The notes under the pieces: generated by a model
What the model saw: only the letters and a program-made list of their open reading frames with translations
What the model was told of the DNA's origin: nothing
Databases searched by the model: none
Source: Acidobacteriota bacterium
Lineage (GTDB): Bacteria > Acidobacteriota > Thermoanaerobaculia > UBA5066
Assembly (NCBI GenBank): GCA_039930645.1
Contig: JBDTTJ010000003.1
Location: 1 to 41,610, forward strand
DNA: 41,610 nt
Reading direction: 5' to 3'
Program-made: the position numbers and the translations under genes
In this document: piece by piece, positions 1 to 9,196 of the stretch
Layout of the letters: each line of letters begins with the position of its first letter
How positions within the stretch are numbered: position 1 is the stretch's first letter

Positions 1-1117
1 GGGGCTTGCCCTCCCACTGCGCGGCATACACCACCGTTTGGCCGTCCGGCGCAAATCGCGCCGTCGAGATGCCGGCGCCGCGAAACGTGAGCTGCCGGAA
101 GCGCGGCGGGGAGGTGCGCGACCTCTCGACGCGCCGGCCGAGCAAATAGACTCCGGCCAGCGCTGCGAGCAGCGCAGCCGCCAGACCGAGGCCTCCCCAG
201 CTCGCCCGGCGCCGCGGAACCTCGAGCGAGGCCCGGGCCTCGCCCGTGAGGTCCGAGACGTGCTCCCGCAGGGTCGCGAGGTCTCGTGCGAGGTCTTCCG
301 TCGCCCCGTAACGGTCTCGCGGCTCCTTGGCGAGGCACCGCTCGACGATCCAGCGCAATTGGGAAGGGACTTTGGAATTCAGTGGAGCAACGGGGTCCGG
401 CTCCGTCCGAATGATCGCCGCGAGGACTTCCGGCCGGGTCGCCCGGTCAAAGGCCCGTTTCCCCGTCACCATCTCGTAGAGGATCGAGCCGAAGGAAAAC
501 TGGTCGGACCGGAAGTCCACGCCCTGCCCGGCCGCCTGCTCGGGCGACATGTAGCCCGCGGTCCCCATGACGACGCCGGGTTCGGTCGCGCCGGCCATCG
601 TCGGGGCCTGCTCCGTCCGCCCGCGGTCCGAATCGGGATGCATCAACTTCGCGACGCCGAAATCGAGAATCTTGACGAAGCCGTCGCTCGTGACCATGAC
701 GTTCTCGGGCTTCAGGTCCCGGTGAACGATGCCGGCGGCGTGGGCCTTGGCGAGGCCGTCAGCGAGCTGAGCGGCAATCGAAAGCAGCTTGCGCAGCGGA
801 AGAGGACCGGCATAGAGCAGCTCCCGCAACGCCTTTCCATCCAGGAGCTCCATGACGATGAAAGAGGTGGAATCGCTCTGCCCGACCTCGTGGATCGTCA
901 CGATATTGGGATGGTTCAAGGCGGAGGCCAGACGCGCCTCCATCTCGAAGCGCTTCAAGCGAGCCGCGTCAGAAGACAGCCCGGCCGGCAGGACCTTGAT
1001 CGCGACGTCGCGTTGAAGCCGCGTGTCCCTGGCCCGGTAAACCTCCCCCATGCCGCCCGCCCCGAGCGGGCTCAGCACCTCGTACGGGCCAAGCCGCGAA
1101 CCCGGGGAGAGGGTCAT
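1..1117 (-). CDS. Hanks-type Ser/Thr protein kinase with TM segment and start of a beta-propeller-like domain (3' end runs off the window)
   Basis: Not in the ORF track because it has no stop in the window. Manual translation from ATG 1117: MTLSPGSRLGPYEVLSPLGAGGMGEVYRARD..VAIKVL..HPNIV..HRDLKPENVM..KILDFG..GTAGYMSPEQ..SDQFSFG, then hydrophobic GGLGLAAALLAALAGVYLLG and FRQLTFRG..ARFAPDGQTVVY. ATG overlaps the upstream TGA (ATGA). Confidence 0.95.
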   Translation of the reverse strand, partial: MTLSPGSRLGPYEVLSPLGAGGMGEVYRARDTRLQRDVAIKVLPAGLSSDAARLKRFEMEARLASALNHPNIVTIHEVGQSDSTSFIVMELLDGKALRELLYAGPLPLRKLLSIAAQLADGLAKAHAAGIVHRDLKPENVMVTSDGFVKILDFGVAKLMHPDSDRGRTEQAPTMAGATEPGVVMGTAGYMSPEQAAGQGVDFRSDQFSFGSILYEMVTGKRAFDRATRPEVLAAIIRTEPDPVAPLNSKVPSQLRWIVERCLAKEPRDRYGATEDLARDLATLREHVSDLTGEARASLEVPRRRASWGGLGLAAALLAALAGVYLLGRRVERSRTSPPRFRQLTFRGAGISTARFAPDGQTVVYAAQWEGKP

Positions 1118-2103
1118 ACGACCGGGGAAAGAGAGCCGGAGGCCCCATCCGCGGGCCGAGCGTCGGCTTCCCCCCCCACCTCTTCCGCCACGAGGTAAAG
1201 CGGCCGGCCCTTCACCTCGTCGTAAATCCGGCCGAGGTATTCGCCGAGGACGCCGATCATGAGGAGCTGGACGCCGCCGAGGAGAAGGATCCATCCCATG
1301 AGCGTCGTCCAGCCGCGCTCGTTGATCCCGAGCACCTTGAGAAGAACGACGACGAGGATGTAGAGGAACGCGAAGCCCGAGACGAGAAAGCCGAGCCACG
1401 TCGCGAGCTGGAGCGGCACGTGGCTGAAGGACGTGAGGCCGTCGAGCGCGAAGCGCAGCATCTTGCGCAGCGGGAACTTCGTCTCGCCGCGCGTCCGGGG
1501 CGGCCGCACGTACGGGACGCCGATCTGCCGGAAGCCGACCCAGGCCGTCATCCCGCGGATGAAGCGGTGCCGCTCGCGCAGCCTCCGGAACGCGGCGACG
1601 GCCTTCGGCCCCATGAGCCGGAAGTCGCCGACGTCGACGGGGATGTCCACGTTCGTCCAGCGCTTGAGGAGCCGGTAGAAGACGTGCGCCGTCCAGAGTT
1701 TGAAGGCGCTCTCGCCCTCGCGCTTCGTGCGCTGCGCGTAGACGACCTCGTAGCCCTCGTCGATCTTTTTCAGCATGTCGACGAGGAGCTCGGGCGGATC
1801 CTGCAGGTCGGCGTCCATCACGGCGACGACGCGCCCGCGCGCCGCGTCGACGCCCGCCGTGAGCGCCATCTGGTGGCCGAAGTTGCGCGAGAAGCGGAGG
1901 GCGCGAATGCGGCGGTCCACGCGCGCGAACGCGGCCATCTTCTCGAAGGAGCCGTCCTGGCTGCCGTCGTCGACGAAGACGATCTCCCAGGTCCGGCCCG
2001 CGGCGTCGAGCGCCTTCACGAGGCGGTCCTTCAGCTCGTCGAGGTTGTCGGCCTCGTTGAAGACGGGCAGGGCGACGGAGATCTCGGGCGCACTCGCCGT
2101 CAT
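1114..2103 (-). CDS. Glycosyltransferase family 2, GtrB/ArnC-like polyprenyl-phosphate glycosyltransferase
   Basis: C-terminal part of ORF 1114..3309; start MTASAPEISVALPVFNE at 2103 overlaps the upstream stop. Motifs VDDGSQD, FSRNFGHQ, MDADLQDPP, GDFRLM, RFIRG; two C-terminal TM helices ending GEYLGRIYDEVKGRPLY. Confidence 0.93.
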   Translation of the reverse strand: MTASAPEISVALPVFNEADNLDELKDRLVKALDAAGRTWEIVFVDDGSQDGSFEKMAAFARVDRRIRALRFSRNFGHQMALTAGVDAARGRVVAVMDADLQDPPELLVDMLKKIDEGYEVVYAQRTKREGESAFKLWTAHVFYRLLKRWTNVDIPVDVGDFRLMGPKAVAAFRRLRERHRFIRGMTAWVGFRQIGVPYVRPPRTRGETKFPLRKMLRFALDGLTSFSHVPLQLATWLGFLVSGFAFLYILVVVLLKVLGINERGWTTLMGWILLLGGVQLLMIGVLGEYLGRIYDEVKGRPLYLVAEEVGGEADARPADGASGSLSPVV

Positions 2104-3821
2104 GACGGAGCCTTCGGCTCGGCGGCCGGGGAATCCTGCGGCGGCGACGGAGGCGGTGCGGGCGGAGGAGAACCGGCCGGGTATTGCCGGCGGAACACGG
2201 TGACCCAGACGGCGCCGATCGGGTTGTTGCCGTCCTGGCGATCCCACGCGTCGCGCGTGAAGAGGTAGCGCAGGAGCTGGCCCGGATTCGGGCGCAGCGG
2301 CGAGATCGCGGTGTCGGGGATCCACCAGGCACGGAACGGCACATGGTCGCGCGCGTAGCCCGGGCCGAGGGCCTGCGCCTGCTTGTCGGCGTCGGCGTCG
2401 TCGCAGACGACGATCGGCGGGTGCATTTCGCCCGTCGGCGGCTGCCAGTTCACGGGCGCCGGCCGGACGTACCAGCTCAGCGGCCAGCCGGCCTCGCCCG
2501 AGACGATCGCGGCCGGCACCTCGCCGGCGCGGCCGGACCGCAGAATCTCGTCCACGACCCCGAGCACCTCGGGACACGTCTGGACCTGGATCGTGGACTC
2601 GGCCTTGCGGGAGTTCGGACTCAGGTCGGGGTAGACGAACGAGAGCGTGAGCGCCGTCGCCACCGAGACGAACGCGGTCGCCGCGCCGGCGAGCCGCCAC
2701 CCGGCGGCCTTCTCCGCGAGGAGCGCCCACGCGGCTCCCGCGAGCGGGAGGAACGGGAGGACCTGGTGCACGATGAGCCAGCCGGCCTTCTCGCCGAGAT
2801 ACGCGTACATCGCCACCGAGGACAGAGCCCAGCCCGCGACGAAGCGCTCGGCGAAGGAGAGCTTCCGCCAGCGCAGCACGATGTACGCGAGCGCCGGGAG
2901 CAGGATCGCGAACTCGTACTGGAGGAGGCGCGGGAGGTAGAACGTCTTCGGCCCGCCGACGCGCTCCATCTTGTGCTGGCCCCACCAGTACGAAATCGCG
3001 TCGAACGCGGGGTTGCCCGACTCCGGATGGACGAGGAAGACCGTGTAGAGGACCTCGGACGTGACGAAGAAGAGAAGGAGCGCGCCCAAGACGGCGGTCG
3101 CGTTCTCCTCGAACCAGTCGATGAGGCGCCTGAGGCGGTTCCAGACGTCGAGGCCGCGCCCGGGCTCCATCCACGCGGCCGCGACGGACGGGACCATGAG
3201 CGCGAGGAGGACGTAGAAATTCTCCTTCGATGCGAACGCGACGGCTGCCCAGAGGCCCGCGACCGCGAGGTCCCGGACGCGCCGCGTCGCGAGGTACTCG
3301 TCGAGCCACAAGAAGAGCCCCGCGGTCCCGAGAAGGCTCCAGGCGTCGTCCCGGCAGAAGCGCGTGTAGTAGAGGATGTTCGGCGAGAGCGCGCAGAGCG
3401 CTCCCGCCGCGAACGCGGCGCGCCAGCCGAACCGCCGGCGCAGGAGGAAGGCCATCGCGGTAAGGGCGACGCCCGCGAGCGCGGGAGCGAGGCGAGCGGT
3501 GAAGTCGGACGTTCCGTCCCAGGTCTTGGCCGCGGCGAATCCGGTCAGGACTCCAACCGCCTTGCCGACCACCGACGAAACCGCGAACACGGCCGTGACG
3601 GCGAAGTACTGCACGGGCCCGTGGTAAATCGGGTCGTACTTGTAGGCGCCTTCCTTGAGGAGCCTGACCGACGCGTACGCGTGGATCGACTCGTCGTGGT
3701 GGAACGCGTGCGTTCCAAGCCGGGCGAGGTGCAGGAACAGCGAGAGGGCGATCAGGCCGATCCAGGCCCTCTTCTCGAACGCGGAGAGCGGCGGCGCGGC
3801 GGGAGCGGTCGCGGCCGTCAT
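2100..3821 (-). CDS. TIGR03663/Agl23-like GT-C fold membrane glycosyltransferase
   Basis: Start MTAATAP at 3821 (ATGA overlap). Motifs HHDESIHAY, YKYDPIYHGP, SPNILYYTRFCRDD, FASKEN, YWWGQH, GEKAGWL; many TM segments. Confidence 0.85.
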   Translation of the reverse strand: MTAATAPAAPPLSAFEKRAWIGLIALSLFLHLARLGTHAFHHDESIHAYASVRLLKEGAYKYDPIYHGPVQYFAVTAVFAVSSVVGKAVGVLTGFAAAKTWDGTSDFTARLAPALAGVALTAMAFLLRRRFGWRAAFAAGALCALSPNILYYTRFCRDDAWSLLGTAGLFLWLDEYLATRRVRDLAVAGLWAAVAFASKENFYVLLALMVPSVAAAWMEPGRGLDVWNRLRRLIDWFEENATAVLGALLLFFVTSEVLYTVFLVHPESGNPAFDAISYWWGQHKMERVGGPKTFYLPRLLQYEFAILLPALAYIVLRWRKLSFAERFVAGWALSSVAMYAYLGEKAGWLIVHQVLPFLPLAGAAWALLAEKAAGWRLAGAATAFVSVATALTLSFVYPDLSPNSRKAESTIQVQTCPEVLGVVDEILRSGRAGEVPAAIVSGEAGWPLSWYVRPAPVNWQPPTGEMHPPIVVCDDADADKQAQALGPGYARDHVPFRAWWIPDTAISPLRPNPGQLLRYLFTRDAWDRQDGNNPIGAVWVTVFRRQYPAGSPPPAPPPSPPQDSPAAEPKAPS

Positions 3822-5899
3822 TTCAGGATCTCGTAGATGGCGGTGCCCCTCGTTTCGAAGGCGCGCCGGAAGTTTGCGCGAAGCGGGAAGGCGTTCACCC
3901 CAAAATCCTTCTTCTCGAACGAGCCGACCACCACGTAACGGACGTTGTACCGGTGGAGCGTCGCGAACACGGCGTCGGCATTCTCGGAGGTGTAGAGGAG
4001 CCGCAGGTCCCGGCGGCGGCCCTCGAGCTCGGAGCCCGCGCTGCCGCCGCGCCAGAGGCCCTCGTGGTTGTCCCAGCCGAGGACGATCGGCAGCCCCGCC
4101 GCGCCGCCGATGCGGCTGTAGTCGGAGTAGGCGTTGCCCGTCGCCTCCGCGAGGACGGCGCCCTCGACGGCGTGCGTGCGCAGCCACTCGACGGCCGCGC
4201 GGTCGCCCGGGGCCTCGCGCGCCATCCAGGCGAGGCCGTTCAGCCCGTCGACCGGGCCCGTCCACTTCCACCTGAGGACGACGGCCGCGAGCGGGTGCGC
4301 GAGGAGGCCGCCGGCCGTGACGAGAAGGGCCACGCGAATGAAGGTGCGGGCGCGTCGCGTCGAAAGTGCGAGCGGCAGGAGGAGCGCGCCGCCGATCACG
4401 AGAAGCGGCCACGCGCCCATGAACGTCTTGAAGACGGTGTTCATCCGGCGCATCTGGTCGCCGTACGAGTCCGAGACGAGGACGATGTCGGGCACGGAGG
4501 CGAGGATGGCGCCCGCGGCCGCATAGAGAAACCCCGCTCGCAGCGCGCCCGTCGGGGCGGGCGCCTCATCCGCGGCGCTCTCCCGGAAGAGCAGCCAGAG
4601 GACGCCCGCGGCGAGTCCCGCCGCGAGGCCGAAAACCGGCCGCTTCGTCAGGACGGCGAGCGCAAGGCCGAGAGCGGGAAACGCCGTGGCCGCGACGAGC
4701 GCGCGGTCCGCGCGGGATTGCGAGCGCACGAGCGCGACGCCGAACGCGAGCGCGGGGACGACGGCGAGGACGCCGAAGTGAAGGAACGCCTCTCCCGCGG
4801 TCGTCGCTTCCTTCCAGAACGTCAGGCCGTGCAGCGCCGGCCGCGGCGAACGGAGGAAAGGCAGCAGGAACGGGACGGCGAGAACGACCGAGAAGACGCT
4901 CCGGACCACGGCCGGACGAAACGGTCGCGCGGCGAGGTTGCCGGCCGCGAGGACGAGCAGGCACGCCGGGAGGTCCCAGGGATTCGCCGAGAGGACGGCC
5001 GCGAGGAGGATGCCGTCGAGCAGAGTTCCCCGGACGGTTCCGATTCGTCCGGCGAGCCCCGCGAACGCGAGGAGGAACGGGAACGTGACGGCGTGCGGGT
5101 GGAGGTCCCCGAGGCGGAACGTGAAGAACGGCCACTCCGTGATCGCATTCTCGACGCGCCGGGAGGAGATCCACCAGGGGTCGACGAGGGGCTTGTCGTC
5201 GAGGACCTGGCGCGCGCCGTCGAACGTTCCGCCAAGGACGAGGACGGAGCCCGCGAGAAGCGCGAGGCGGCGGCCGCCCCCGCGCGTGCGCACGGCCCCG
5301 AAACCCGCGAGCGCGGCGAGGGCGGGCAGGAGGGCGGCGAACAGGTTGTACGCGTACTCGGACGGGACGCCCGCCGCCCGGGCCGGCAGCGCGAAGAGGT
5401 ACGTCCCGAAGTGATAGTAGGGGAAGCGCGTGCCCGAGAGCCACGGGTCCGGAAAAGGCAGGCGCGGCGTCGTCATGAGGCCCGAGAGGACGGCGAAGTC
5501 CATCGGCTTCTCGGTCTGCCGGATCTCGCCGAGGGGCCCCCGGATCCACAGGAAGAACGCGAAGATTGCGAGAAAAAGGACGAGCGGCGCGAGGAGCGCG
5601 CGGCCGCGCGCGAGGACGTCGAGAAGCTCCCGCCCGCCCCAGAGGAGAAGCGCCGCGAGCGCGAGGCCCGCCAGCGGCAGCGCGAGGGACCGGATCGGCG
5701 TGGACGGGAGGACGCCAGAGACGAGCCACCCGGGGAGCGCCGCCGCGACGAGTCCGACCGGGAGGGAGAACGCGAAGACGCTCTCGGCGGCCGCGTCGTC
5801 CACCGCGTCGCCCCGGAACAGGCGGGCGAGCAGGGCCATTCCCGACGCGCTCGCCAGGAGAAGAACCGAGGCGAAGAGGAACGCGGACAGGGCCGTCAC
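3818..5899 (-). CDS. DUF2298 (YYY membrane protein) family GT-C-like protein
   Basis: Motifs EKPMDFA, DPWLSG..YYHFG, ITEWPFFTFRLGDLHPH, RMNTVFK, VLAEATG.AYSDYSR, VLGWDNHEGLWRG, YNVRYVVVGSFE. Start is GTG 5899 or TTG 5911. Confidence 0.87.
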   Translation of the reverse strand: MTALSAFLFASVLLLASASGMALLARLFRGDAVDDAAAESVFAFSLPVGLVAAALPGWLVSGVLPSTPIRSLALPLAGLALAALLLWGGRELLDVLARGRALLAPLVLFLAIFAFFLWIRGPLGEIRQTEKPMDFAVLSGLMTTPRLPFPDPWLSGTRFPYYHFGTYLFALPARAAGVPSEYAYNLFAALLPALAALAGFGAVRTRGGGRRLALLAGSVLVLGGTFDGARQVLDDKPLVDPWWISSRRVENAITEWPFFTFRLGDLHPHAVTFPFLLAFAGLAGRIGTVRGTLLDGILLAAVLSANPWDLPACLLVLAAGNLAARPFRPAVVRSVFSVVLAVPFLLPFLRSPRPALHGLTFWKEATTAGEAFLHFGVLAVVPALAFGVALVRSQSRADRALVAATAFPALGLALAVLTKRPVFGLAAGLAAGVLWLLFRESAADEAPAPTGALRAGFLYAAAGAILASVPDIVLVSDSYGDQMRRMNTVFKTFMGAWPLLVIGGALLLPLALSTRRARTFIRVALLVTAGGLLAHPLAAVVLRWKWTGPVDGLNGLAWMAREAPGDRAAVEWLRTHAVEGAVLAEATGNAYSDYSRIGGAAGLPIVLGWDNHEGLWRGGSAGSELEGRRRDLRLLYTSENADAVFATLHRYNVRYVVVGSFEKKDFGVNAFPLRANFRRAFETRGTAIYEILK

Positions 5900-5940
5900 G
5901 GAACGAATCAAGGTAACACAAAGCGCGGTCCGCGCCGGGC

Positions 5941-5955
5941 TAGACTGGGCCCGTG
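5941..5955 (+). promoter_or_regulatory. -10 hexamer TAGACT 6 nt before the GTG start (probable leaderless promoter)
   Basis: TAGACT at 5941-5946, GGGCCC, then GTG 5953; no Shine-Dalgarno motif. A divergent TACCTT lies on the minus strand near 5910-5915. Confidence 0.55.
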
Positions 5956-7293
5956 AGCGCCGCTTCTCCTCGTGTCGCCGTGATCGGCGGAGGCCTCGCG
6001 GGGCTCGTCGCGGCGGACCGCCTCCTCGGAGCGGGTCTCCCCGTGACGGTCTTCGAGAAGTTCCCCGAGGCCGGCGGGCTCGTGGGCGTCGTGGAGGTGG
6101 GCGGGACGGCCCTCGAGCGCTACTACCACCACCTCTTCACGAGCGACATCGACTACGTGTCCTTCGCCGAGGAGTTCGGCCTCGGCGGCGACCTGCAATG
6201 GCTCAAGTCGCGGATGGGGTTCTTCGCGGGCGGGAAGCTCTGGGACTTCGGCACGCCCGCCTCGCTTCTCTCGTTCGCGCCGCTCGGGATCGTGGGGCGG
6301 CTCCAGTTCGTCCTCTCGACGCTGAAACTCCGGCAAAGCAAGGACTGGCAGAGCCTCGAAGGCGATACCGCGATCGGGTGGATGCGCCGCAGCGGGTACT
6401 CCCGCGCGCTCGACGCCGTCTGGGGCCCGCTGCTCTTCCAGAAATACGGGCGGCGCGCCGAGGACGTCGGGCTCGTGTGGCTGTGGGGGAAGATCGCGCT
6501 CCGCACGCGCTCGCGCGACAAGACCGGGCTCGGCGAGCGCCTCGGATACCTGAAGGGCTCGTTCGGGCGCGGCGTCGCCGCCGTGCTTGCGCGCGTGAAG
6601 GCGCGGGGCGGCGACGTCCGAACCTCGCGTCCCGTGAAGATCGTCAAGAAGGCCGCGGGCGGCTTCGACGTCGAGTTCGCGGGCGGGACGGAGACGTTCG
6701 ACCTCGTCCTCTCGACGGTCGCGATCCCCGAGCTCCTGAGGCTCGCGCCGGACCTCCCGGAAGACGTGCGGAAGACGTGGAGCGCGATCTCCTACTGCCA
6801 CGCGCTCTGCCCGATCCTCGAGCTCGACCGCTCGCTGTCGCCCTACTACTGGCTGAACGTCGGCGACGCGTCGATGCCGTTCGGCGGCGTCATCGAGCAC
6901 ACGAACTTCATCCCGAAGGAAGAGTACGGCGGCCGGCACGTCGTCTACATCTCGAACTACGTCCTCCCGGACGACCCGAAGTGGAAGAGCCCGGACGCGG
7001 CGCTCTGGGCCGAGTACCTGCCCGCGCTGAAGCGGATCAACCCGGCGTTCGACGAGAGCTGGATCCTCAAGAAGCAGATCGGCCGCGCCGAATACGCGCA
7101 GCCGATCGTCGTCCCCGGCTACTCGAAGCTCCTGCCGCCGCTCGAGACGCCGGTTCCGGGCCTGTGGTCCGCGTGCATGGCGCAGATCTACCCGGAGGAC
7201 CGCGGCCAGAACTATGCCGTGCGCATCGGGCGCGACGCTGCGAACGCGATACTGGCGAAGGTCCGGGAAACCCGTCAGGCGCCGCTGCGCTGA
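5953..7293 (+). CDS. NAD(P)/FAD-dependent oxidoreductase of the amine-oxidase/protoporphyrinogen-oxidase-like fold, polysaccharide-cluster type
   Basis: Rossmann motif VAVIGGGLAGL..VTVFEK..AGGL, LERYYHHLF, PYYWLNV..PFGGVIEHTNF, YAQPIV, IYPEDRGQNYAV. Confidence 0.88.
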   Translation: MSAASPRVAVIGGGLAGLVAADRLLGAGLPVTVFEKFPEAGGLVGVVEVGGTALERYYHHLFTSDIDYVSFAEEFGLGGDLQWLKSRMGFFAGGKLWDFGTPASLLSFAPLGIVGRLQFVLSTLKLRQSKDWQSLEGDTAIGWMRRSGYSRALDAVWGPLLFQKYGRRAEDVGLVWLWGKIALRTRSRDKTGLGERLGYLKGSFGRGVAAVLARVKARGGDVRTSRPVKIVKKAAGGFDVEFAGGTETFDLVLSTVAIPELLRLAPDLPEDVRKTWSAISYCHALCPILELDRSLSPYYWLNVGDASMPFGGVIEHTNFIPKEEYGGRHVVYISNYVLPDDPKWKSPDAALWAEYLPALKRINPAFDESWILKKQIGRAEYAQPIVVPGYSKLLPPLETPVPGLWSACMAQIYPEDRGQNYAVRIGRDAANAILAKVRETRQAPLR

Positions 7294-7841
7294 TCCGCCT
7301 CCCTTCCGCTCGGCCGCTGCGTCGGACCGGAAAGAGCGGTATTTGGATAACGCCTGAGCGCTCGCCCCACTAAGCCTGCCCGGGTCCTTGTGCCGGTCCT
7401 CTTCAGAGCGTTCGCGACGTGCTTCCTGACTGTCTCCACCGAGATCCCGAGCCGCTGGGCGATTTCACGGTTTGTCGCGCCCTTGACGAACCAGGTCACG
7501 ACGCCCCGTTCTCGGTCCGTCAGTTCCCTGAGGGCCGGGGCCATCGCAGTCTGCTTCACGAGGAAGCAGATGCGTGCTGAGTGGCCAGCTCGGCTTCTCG
7601 AGGGATAGAGCTCCAGGAGGAACCTGCACATTCCGAGCTGAAAGCACAGTCCCGGATCCGGGATGGACTCGGAAAGGACTGCCTTCAGAGCCCGAAGGAG
7701 AGCGCCCGCGGCTGGCGCAGACGCGAGGAGGCGCTTTGCGGCTTCGTTCGCGAGGACGAGACGGCCGTACTCAAGTACTAGGCCGGGCCGCGGGTCAGCG
7801 AGAAATGCGGCTTGAAAGATGTGAAGACGCTCCAGCGACAT
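7275..7841 (-). CDS. LuxR-family HTH transcriptional regulator with degenerate PAS-like N-terminus
   Basis: LTDRERGVVTWFVKGATNREIAQRLGISVETVRKHVANALKRTGTRTRAGLV is a LuxR C-terminal HTH; GRLVLANEAAKRLL is a PAS-like helix. Start uncertain (ATG 7841 or 7940). Confidence 0.85.
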   Translation of the reverse strand: MSLERLHIFQAAFLADPRPGLVLEYGRLVLANEAAKRLLASAPAAGALLRALKAVLSESIPDPGLCFQLGMCRFLLELYPSRSRAGHSARICFLVKQTAMAPALRELTDRERGVVTWFVKGATNREIAQRLGISVETVRKHVANALKRTGTRTRAGLVGRALRRYPNTALSGPTQRPSGREADQRSGA

Positions 7842-8016
7842 GGAGATGGAGCTCTCGACTTCCCTCTGTCGACGCACAAACCCCGGAGTCACCCCAATGG
7901 CCAGGGACCTTGCCGTCAAGATGGAATCCCCCTTACCCATGTAGACAGTTCTGACGGGCAGTTTTCAACCACCGATGACGAGAATCCGGTCAGATATCTG
8001 TGCCGAGTCGTCGCGT

Positions 8017-8034
8017 CTTACCCGATCGGGTTAG
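8017..8034. promoter_or_regulatory. Inverted repeat, candidate operator for the LuxR regulator
   Basis: Perfect 12-bp palindrome ACCCGATCGGGT at 8020-8031 (cttACCCGATCGGGTtag) between the divergent luxR and the exported-protein operon; a half site ATCGGGTA near 8146. Confidence 0.45.
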
Positions 8035-8181
8035 TACGGGTGCATCGCGGTCAAATCGGCCACCTGGAATTACCTTTCCCCTGCGCGCTTAGCGTAGAAG
8101 ACAACAGCTCCCACACGGCCGAACCGCTGCGCTGGGGGACGCGCAATCGGGTACGCCACAACCCAGTGGAGGACAGACACG

Positions 8182-9195
8182 ATGACTTTCCACGCGGTTT
8201 CAGAGGAACCATCCGGCTACCGCCGCGCTTGCAGTTCTCTCCGCGCCCTGGTCCTCGTTCTCATCGTGGGCGCATTTCTCGTAGCCTCACCTGCCGCGGC
8301 CATCTGCCACTACACCTTGTTGGAGCAGACAACGACCTTGTCCTGTTCTTCCTACGATGGTGTGAATTGGAGCTGCATTCTCTACATTACGAACTACTGG
8401 GATGTCGAGTGCCCAAGTGGTGGGGGCAACCCCGGGAACCCGCCAGGCGGTGGCGGCGCGTCTTGTCCGAGCTATGTATCGGTGACCCTCCCCGCCATTG
8501 ACGCGTCCGTCGTTGGAGGTACCGCTTTCCTTAGGGCCACGATCGACTCCGATGGATACGTTTCCTCACGTGCTAGCGGTCCCGGCGCGGATACGTCCAG
8601 CGTTTCCGGACCCGGGTCCTTTTCGTTCCCAGTCGACCTAAACGCGGTTCCTGTCGGCTCCAACACCTATACGGTGATCGCTACGGCCGGAGGATCAGGA
8701 GCCTGCCCGCCGGTGTCGAGTTTTGCCACGGGCCTGATCAGCCGGTCGTCCGCTACCGCGATAGCTCCATCGTCCTCCGGATTCGTCGTGATTCCAACAG
8801 GAGGCGCCTTCCTGCTGGGCCAGGTATCCATCGAGGGATACGATGCCTACGCCCGTATCACTGCATCGCCCGCGGGTAGCAACCTGCCGACCCTCTGGGC
8901 CGATCGTTCGGTTGCGCGGGTTGGCGTGACGCCCGTGTGGGCGCAGACCCAATTCAGCGACGTTACCGCAAATCACGGTATTGGAGGCATCGACTTCGCC
9001 TCTATGGTACCGATGCAGGGCTCGTACATTCCCGCCGACGACCCGTGGAACAAAACATATTCCGGGCAGCAGCAGCTGTGGGTGGGCTATCCGCCGGTGT
9101 CAACCGACTCACTTCTCGTGTGGATAATGTTCCCCGGGATTGGATCGGCACAAACACCCCTGCCCCAGCCGGACGCCGCGACGAGTCTTCAGTAG
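8182..9195 (+). CDS. Hypothetical exported protein: Cys-rich N-terminal module, Gly/Pro linker, beta-rich body
   Basis: GGAGG about 9 nt upstream of the ATG; hydrophobic signal ALVLVLIVGAFLVASPAAA; ICHY..SC..WSC..VECPSGGGNPGNPPGGGGASC; Ser/Thr/Gly/Val-rich remainder. Confidence 0.7.
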   Translation: MTFHAVSEEPSGYRRACSSLRALVLVLIVGAFLVASPAAAICHYTLLEQTTTLSCSSYDGVNWSCILYITNYWDVECPSGGGNPGNPPGGGGASCPSYVSVTLPAIDASVVGGTAFLRATIDSDGYVSSRASGPGADTSSVSGPGSFSFPVDLNAVPVGSNTYTVIATAGGSGACPPVSSFATGLISRSSATAIAPSSSGFVVIPTGGAFLLGQVSIEGYDAYARITASPAGSNLPTLWADRSVARVGVTPVWAQTQFSDVTANHGIGGIDFASMVPMQGSYIPADDPWNKTYSGQQQLWVGYPPVSTDSLLVWIMFPGIGSAQTPLPQPDAATSLQ

Positions 9196-9196
9196 T

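Noticed and set aside
38-1198. 386-aa plus-strand ORF
   Set aside because: Antisense shadow of the minus-strand kinase, which has all the catalytic motifs.
2104-3309. N-terminal extensions in the ORF track (1114..3309, 2100..4412, 33565..37248, 36570..38204, 37803..39509, 39320..41122, 20608..23823)
   Set aside because: They overlap neighbouring real genes; internal starts with stop/start overlaps, SD motifs or -10 elements fit better.
5953-7293. Calling the flavoprotein hemY/hemG or dprE1
   Set aside because: Only the general FAD fold is shared with HemY and no heme genes are nearby; DprE1 belongs to a different (vanillyl-alcohol oxidase) fold.
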